IMG/VR virus record: IMGVR_UViG_2724679140_000013
Strand: one strand, 5' to 3'
DNA: 37,432 bases
Source: a virus
Taxonomy: Duplodnaviria; Heunggongvirae; Uroviricota; Caudoviricetes
The notes under the pieces were generated by a model. The model was not told where the DNA came from. It worked only from the letters and a program-made list of their open reading frames with translations, and ran no database searches. How positions within the stretch are numbered: position 1 is the first letter of the stretch; each line of letters starts with the position of its first letter. Shown piece after piece: positions 32,480 through 37,432 of this stretch. Position numbers and translations under genes: made by a program.

Positions 32480-33589
32480 ATGACCGACACCACCATGCAA
32501 TTGCTCAGTCAGGGCACAGACCCTGTAAAAATGCCGGATTTTGATATTCTCGCGGAGGGTAAAACGCTGTCAGGCGTGGCAGAGCGCCTGATGAGCCTGT
32601 CACTGACCGACAACCGTGGATTTGAGGCGGACCAGCTCACCATCACGCTGGATGATGCGGATGGTCAGTTGCAGCTACCGCCACGGGGCGCGCGCCTGAC
32701 GGTTCTCATTGGCTGGAAAGGAGAACCGCTGACAGAAAAAGGCACTTACATTGTTGATGAAATCGCTCACGAAGGACCGCCGGACAGGCTGACTGTTTCA
32801 GCCAGAAGCGCAGATTTTCGGGATGAATTTAACGTTAAACGTGAGGTGTCCTGGCATGATGTGACCGTTGAGCGTGTGGTATCCGCCATCGCTCATCGGT
32901 ACGGTCTGAAACCACAAATCAGCGAAATACTGATGGATATTGAAATCGACCACGCCGACCAGACCGAAGAAAGCGACATGTCCTTCCTTACGCGCATGGC
33001 GGAAATGCTGGGCGCAATCACCACGGTAAAAAGCGGTAATCTGTTATTCATCATGCCTGGCGGTGGCGTGAACGCACAGGGCCAGCCGTTGCCCTCATTC
33101 GCCATCACACGCAGCAGTGGCGATCGCCATCAGTTCCGCATTGCTGACCGCGAAGCGTATACGGGGGTACGCGCTTACTGGCTTGATCTTAATTACGGGA
33201 AAAAGAAAAAAGTCAGCGTGAAACGCCGCAAACCGCCAAAACCCAAAAAGGAGAAAAGCAGCAGCCGTGAAGGTGATTATATGGAAGGCGCGGAAGGCAA
33301 TGTGTTTGTGTTACGCAAGACTTATCAGAACGAGCAGGCAGCAAGACGCGCAGCGGCGGCGAAGTGGCAGCAGCTACAACGCGGAGCCGCATCATTCTCC
33401 ATCACGCTGGCACGTGGACGAGCAGAACTCTACCCCGAAATGCATGGCACGGTAACAGGATTTAAAAGCGAGATTGATAATCAGGACTGGATTATTGCAA
33501 AAGCCGAGCACACCATTGATAACAGTGGTTTTACCACACAGCTTGAGCTTGAAGCAAAAATCCCGGAATGGATAGCAGAAACAGAGTGA
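32480..33589 (+). CDS. D: Late control/tail protein D (P2 gpD family)
   Basis: Start at MTDTTMQ (SD GGGAGGGA) preferred to the 32348 ORF start; size and position before ogr. Confidence 0.85.
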   Translation: MTDTTMQLLSQGTDPVKMPDFDILAEGKTLSGVAERLMSLSLTDNRGFEADQLTITLDDADGQLQLPPRGARLTVLIGWKGEPLTEKGTYIVDEIAHEGPPDRLTVSARSADFRDEFNVKREVSWHDVTVERVVSAIAHRYGLKPQISEILMDIEIDHADQTEESDMSFLTRMAEMLGAITTVKSGNLLFIMPGGGVNAQGQPLPSFAITRSSGDRHQFRIADREAYTGVRAYWLDLNYGKKKKVSVKRRKPPKPKKEKSSSREGDYMEGAEGNVFVLRKTYQNEQAARRAAAAKWQQLQRGAASFSITLARGRAELYPEMHGTVTGFKSEIDNQDWIIAKAEHTIDNSGFTTQLELEAKIPEWIAETE

Positions 33590-33715
33590 ACAACCTCGAC
33601 GTTTTACTTAATATACAATAGCCTTCTGGACACGGTAAGGCAAGAACAAGGGTAAAAGATCCTTTACTGTCAGAGTTACAGGTTATACCTGTAAGCAAAA
33701 ACAAAGGCATATATT

Positions 33716-34474
33716 ATGTTCAGTTTATTTTCGTTAACTGCCGGAGCAAATGTGCGCTGGCATGATTTACCTGGTAAAGGTATTCCTGTTGTTTTTATTC
33801 ATGGGCTTGGCTGTTCCTCTTCTTATGAATATCCACGGGTTGTTGCAGATCCTGCATTTGGTGGACAACGAGCGATATTGATAGATCTCCCTGGATATGG
33901 ATTCAGTGATAAGCCTAAAGGATTCGATTACAGCATATCCCATCAAGCTAAAGTTGTTATTGAAGTAGTAGAAACCTTAAATCTCTCACAGTTCCATATT
34001 TATGGTCACAGTATGGGGGGAAGTATTGCGATTGAAGTGGCCAGACAACTACATGAGAGAACAAGAAAGCTTGTGGTTTCTGAGCCTAATTTTCACTCTG
34101 GTGGAGGTACCTATAGCCGTAAGATAATAGAGAAACCAGAAGCAGAGTTTATTTCGCATATATATAATGAATTACTGGAGTGTGAAACATCCCCATGGAA
34201 AGGTGAACTCCAGAATGCAGCCCCATGGGCAATATGGCGAGGAGCCAAAAGTCTGGTTGATGGAACCACTCCATCATGGAGAGATATATTCCTTAATCTG
34301 CCCTGTTCACGTACACTAATTTTTGGCGAACAATCATTGCCAGACAATGATTTCCAGCAAATAAAAGAATCTGGAATATCTGTTGCAATAGTGCCAAACG
34401 CTGGACACTCCATGTCATGGGAAAATCCATCAGCACTGGCCTCAATTTTACATACAGAATTTTATAGAAAGTAA
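33716..34474 (+). CDS. Alpha/beta-fold hydrolase (serine hydrolase), AT-rich moron
   Basis: 252 aa; oxyanion FIHGLG, nucleophile elbow GHSMGG, C-terminal catalytic His in NAGHSM. Confidence 0.8.
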   Translation: MFSLFSLTAGANVRWHDLPGKGIPVVFIHGLGCSSSYEYPRVVADPAFGGQRAILIDLPGYGFSDKPKGFDYSISHQAKVVIEVVETLNLSQFHIYGHSMGGSIAIEVARQLHERTRKLVVSEPNFHSGGGTYSRKIIEKPEAEFISHIYNELLECETSPWKGELQNAAPWAIWRGAKSLVDGTTPSWRDIFLNLPCSRTLIFGEQSLPDNDFQQIKESGISVAIVPNAGHSMSWENPSALASILHTEFYRK

Positions 34475-34518
34475 AATAACCTATACATAGATATTGTTTC
34501 CACCAACATCATATTATC

Positions 34519-34553
34519 AAAGAGCAGGGCAAATTTACCTCCTGCTCTTTTAC
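34519..34553 (+). terminator. Intrinsic terminator after the hydrolase gene
   Basis: AAAGAGCAGG-N12-CCTGCTCTTT followed by TAC. Confidence 0.5.
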
Positions 34554-34827
34554 TCAAATTAGATGATTTTATAGCACACATTTTATGAAATATTTAAAAT
34601 CTATAAACTTATAAGAACATTTTTTATCAAAACACATACATAATGAACAATCTCTTTTATCATAATTAGTAAATTATCACTTGATAATAAATGACATACT
34701 AAATATGCATCAGGGTTAATTTTTATTAATAGATAAACGTCCATGCCTCAATCTGACCTGATTGTTGATTGGCATATTCACTAGTACAATTTAAAATCAC
34801 GATAGCAGCACATTAAGGGAGGTCGCT

Positions 34828-35088
34828 ATGTTTCGTTGTCCGCTTTGTGGCGCATCTGCCCGTATCCGCACCAGTCGTCCGGAAAATGATTCAAACACCG
34901 TGCGGCAAAAGTATTACCAGTGTAACAACCTGGAATGCGGCGTATGCTTCTCAACACTGGAAGCTTTCCATAAATTCACATCAAAACACGCCTCCGGCGT
35001 TCACTCTTCAGAAGGTATCCCGTGGCATGAGCTGCCAGCTTCACACAGGGGAAACAATCAGATGAGTTTGCCTTTACCTCAGAATTAA
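34828..35088 (+). CDS. ogr: Ogr/Delta-family zinc-finger late transcription activator
   Basis: MFRCPLCG...YYQCNNLECGVCF (CxxC...CxxxxC) parallels P2 Ogr; SD GGGAGG. Confidence 0.85.
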   Translation: MFRCPLCGASARIRTSRPENDSNTVRQKYYQCNNLECGVCFSTLEAFHKFTSKHASGVHSSEGIPWHELPASHRGNNQMSLPLPQN

Positions 35089-35277
35089 CAGGCAGAATTG
35101 CCGGAGTAACAAAAAAGCGATAGATTACGTGCGGGTGCCTTTCGGCTGATGGTCGGAGGGAATACCCGAAGGCCGGATGTGGAAAGGCCCCGGAAAACAT
35201 TTCTGTTTAACCGAGGCCCTAACCCGTCAACCTAGCAAGTGATAGGTTAGCGCCTCTCCAACAAAGGAGCAAGCGCT

Positions 35278-35418
35278 ATGTCGCAAAAATCGCTTACGGC
35301 CATCACGTTCTGCGTGACGGTAATCCTCATCATCTGGATGCTGCACGGTTCGCTGTGTGAAATACGGATGAGCTTCTGGGGAGCGGAGTTTGCGGCGTTC
35401 TTACAGTGTAAGCAGTAA
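35278..35418 (+). CDS. hok: Hok/Gef-family type I membrane toxin
   Basis: 46 aa; TM ITFCVTVILIIWML then SLCEIR...EFAAF, the Hok family signature; SD AGGAG; long structured leader and 3' fold-back element. Confidence 0.7.
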   Translation: MSQKSLTAITFCVTVILIIWMLHGSLCEIRMSFWGAEFAAFLQCKQ

Positions 35419-35507
35419 GGAAACCGCGACGGGGAGGCAACTCCCCGTCAATCGGTTGCCAGGGTAAGGCCGATAAGGCACCCTATCTCATAGGCATGAA
35501 TAACAAC

Positions 35508-35540
35508 CCCACAGCGTAAAAACTGCGGGATTTCTTTTTG
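35508..35540 (+). terminator. Probable terminator of the hok-like mRNA
   Basis: CCCACAG-N8-CTGCGGG (one mismatch) followed by ATTTCTTTTT. Confidence 0.4.
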
Positions 35541-35607
35541 GGACTCTCACTAGCTAGTGAGCTGTTAACTGCACATAATGCTCGCACAACAAATCATTTA
35601 AAAGAGA

Positions 35608-35889
35608 TTACTCAGCATTCTCCTGCTTCCATTGCCGGATCATTTCATCGGTAACATCACTTTCATAACATACCACGTCATACCCTCCAGTACGGCTATA
35701 TGCACTGCGTCCACCACATCTACTACCATTCCTTGCATGATTATACGGACACGCACAATTGCCTGGATAAGATTCAATGGATTCTTTAATTATTTCTTTC
35801 TTGATCTGAGCGTCTGACTTTCCTGTTGCTGCATACCCACTAAAAGATACCAAACACAGGCAGATTGCCATTAATAAACCACATCGCAT
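35608..35889 (-). CDS. Small Cys-rich secreted protein (93 aa)
   Basis: Start at MRCGLLMAICLCLVSFSGYA (signal peptide) preferred to the 36003 ORF start; mature part has PGNCACPYNHARNGSRCGGRSAY. Confidence 0.5.
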   Translation of the reverse strand: MRCGLLMAICLCLVSFSGYAATGKSDAQIKKEIIKESIESYPGNCACPYNHARNGSRCGGRSAYSRTGGYDVVCYESDVTDEMIRQWKQENAE

Positions 35890-36123
35890 ACCGATACACT
35901 CTATTACTAACCAATCATAGCCCACATCATAAAATCGAGATGAGGAGTACAGCACCTTTAACAAGAAGGTGCCATCACGATAATATGCCGTGCAATTCAT
36001 CAAAAAAAAGATCTATATCAAAGAGATAGAGTTATTATCAGTGCTGCAGACATCAGCATTCGAGGCAGCAGAAAGACAGTAAATCTAACGAATTTGTCTT
36101 TTTCTCAGGATGTTCTCAGATTA

Positions 36124-36240
36124 AAAAAGATAGAGTAGCGTAGACACCTTTTGGTGGATGGTAGGAGGAAAAATGAAGTTGAGTGGGAAGATCCCAGAAA
36201 AAACTTTGGTTTAACCAAGGCCCTAGTTCAATATGCGAAA
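36124..36240 (+). pseudogene. Degenerate second copy of the hok leader (no intact toxin ORF)
   Basis: Collinear similarity to 35111-35225; for example GTTTAACCAAGGCCCT (36209-36224) versus GTTTAACCGAGGCCCT (35205-35220), and GATGGTAGGAGGAA versus GATGGTCGGAGGGA. Confidence 0.4.
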
Positions 36241-36360
36241 TGCAGATGAGTTGCAGGAGAGTTTTGCTTCACCCTTAGAGTTTAAACAGACGTGTACTAT
36301 CATTATTTCTGCATATCGCCACACCATCGCCACTTTACCGCCATTTAACAAAATACAAAT

Positions 36361-36386
36361 ACAAAAAAACCACCCGAAGGTGGTTT
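36361..36386 (-). terminator. Intrinsic terminator downstream of tRNA-Leu
   Basis: Minus strand reads AAACCACC-TTCG-GGTGGTTT followed by TTTTTTGT. Confidence 0.75.
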
Positions 36387-36429
36387 CACGACACTGCTTA
36401 TTGCTTTGATTTTATTCTTATCTTTCCCA

Positions 36430-36516
36430 TGGTACCCGGAGCGGGACTTGAACCCGCACAGCGCGAACGCCGAGGGATTTTAAATCCCTTGTGTCTACCG
36501 ATTCCACCATCCGGGC
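36430..36516 (-). tRNA. leuZ: tRNA-Leu (anticodon UAA)
   Basis: 87-nt reverse complement GCCCGGATGGTGGAATCGGTAGACACAAGGGATTTAAAATCCC...GGGTACCA; cloverleaf with long variable arm and encoded CCA. Confidence 0.95.
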
Positions 36517-36528
36517 TCGGGAAGAAAG

Positions 36529-36602
36529 TGGAGGCGCGTTCCGGAGTCGAACCGGACTAGACGGATTTGCAATCCGCTACATAACCGCTTTGTTAACGCG
36601 CC
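36529..36602 (-). tRNA. cysT: tRNA-Cys (anticodon GCA)
   Basis: 74-nt reverse complement GGCGCGTTAACAAAGCGGTTATGTAGCGGATTGCAAATCCGTC...CGCGCCTCCA. Confidence 0.95.
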
Positions 36603-36656
36603 AAATTCTTCAGGCCTTTCAGCCAGACATCCGCTTGACGCCGATGTCTTTTAAAC

Positions 36657-36732
<76 letters not shown>

Positions 36733-36883
36733 ATTCATCAAGCAATCAGTTAATCACTTGATTTTATTATCGTCTGGCAATCAGTGCCGCCGTTCGATGC
36801 GTTGCATTCTACTTACCTGGCGCGATGAGTCAACGATATTTTTCACCACTTTTGATCGTTTGCTGAAAATTACGCCGAAACGA

Positions 36884-37432
36884 TCACTGATCAAGCAAAT
36901 CTGCACGCGCAGCGCTCAAATATTGCAACATTGACCACAGAGTCAGTACCGCAGCCACAAAGAAAAGTGCAATACCGGCGTACTCAACCCAAATGTTCGG
37001 ACGCCACAGCAGCCATGCCAACGCCACCATCTGGGCAGTGGTTTTCACTTTCCCAATCCAGGAGACGGCCACGCTACTGCGTTTACCCAACTCCGCCATC
37101 CATTCGCGTAGCGCAGAAATAATAATTTCACGGGCGATCATCGTTGCCGCCGGTAATGTCACCCACCAGCTGTGATAATGCTCGGTTACCAGCACCATGG
37201 CGATAGCCACGAGAACTTTATCTGCCACAGGGTCAAGGAAAGCACCAAACCGGGTACTCTGGTTCCAGCGGCGTGCCAGAAAACCATCGAACCAGTCAGT
37301 CACCGCCGCGACGCAGAAAATGAGCGCGGCGGCAAACGGCGACCAGGTGACAGGCAGATAAAAGACCAATACAAAGAATGGGATAAGGATGACACGGAAC
37401 AGTGTAAGCAACGTAGGGATATTAAATTGCAT
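36884..37432 (-). CDS. pgsA: CDP-diacylglycerol--glycerol-3-phosphate 3-phosphatidyltransferase
   Basis: 182 aa, [20 protein letters not shown]...; CDP-alcohol phosphotransferase motif [10 protein letters not shown]...[10 protein letters not shown]; the ATG is the last codon of the window. Confidence 0.95.

Larger units (their letters stand above)
1..36429. mobile_element. P2-family temperate myovirus prophage (int to ogr plus right-arm cargo); left attachment site lies outside the window
   Basis: Gene order int, repressor, cox, early genes, A, cargo, Q, P, O, N, M, L, X, lysis, R, S, V, W, J, I, H, G, tail block, D, ogr equals the integrated P2 map; the right end abuts the 3' end of tRNA-Leu. 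Confidence 0.85.

Noticed and set aside
35149-35235. 28-aa ORF in the hok leader as a mok-like reading frame
   Set aside because: It terminates 43 nt before the hok ATG, so it cannot provide the overlapping translational coupling that defines mok. It is treated as part of the structured leader.

Overview
The window holds one nearly complete P2-family (Peduoviridae-like) temperate myovirus prophage (about 1-36429), followed by a chromosomal tRNA operon (tRNA-Leu, tRNA-Cys, tRNA-Gly, minus strand) and pgsA, an E. coli-type leuZ-cysT-glyW-pgsA locus. Gene order follows the integrated P2 map: int, repressor, cox-like early operon, replication endonuclease A, cargo hotspot, probable cos, Q-P, O-N-M-L-X, lysis, R-S-V-W-J-I-H-G, tail sheath/tube/tape-measure block, D, ogr. 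The window starts at the int stop codon, so attL is not visible. The P2 backbone is ordinary; the interest lies in the accessory and regulatory content. (1) Between an SPFH gene and the replication module there is a structured non-coding region with the three-site complementarity logic of P1 c4 / P4 CI antisense-RNA immunity, and its b2 site overlaps the ribosome-binding site of a 75-aa ORF. (2) A visibly AT-rich two-gene insertion sits inside the repressor-int operon, and one of its products repeats the repressor C-terminal peptide motif AGRDY. (3) A complete R1-type parM/parR actin partition cassette with paired 20-bp palindromes occupies the P2 tin/old hotspot. (4) The same hotspot carries a Gp49/HigB-like toxin with an XRE antitoxin, a 49-aa mini-gene and a 174-aa orphan next to a repeat-rich probable cos region. 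(5) The FI-FII-E-T-U tail block is inverted relative to P2. (6) The right arm carries an alpha/beta hydrolase moron, a hok-like type I toxin locus plus a degenerate second copy of its leader, and a small Cys-rich secreted protein. All homology statements come from reading the translations and recalling family motifs; no database search was possible.
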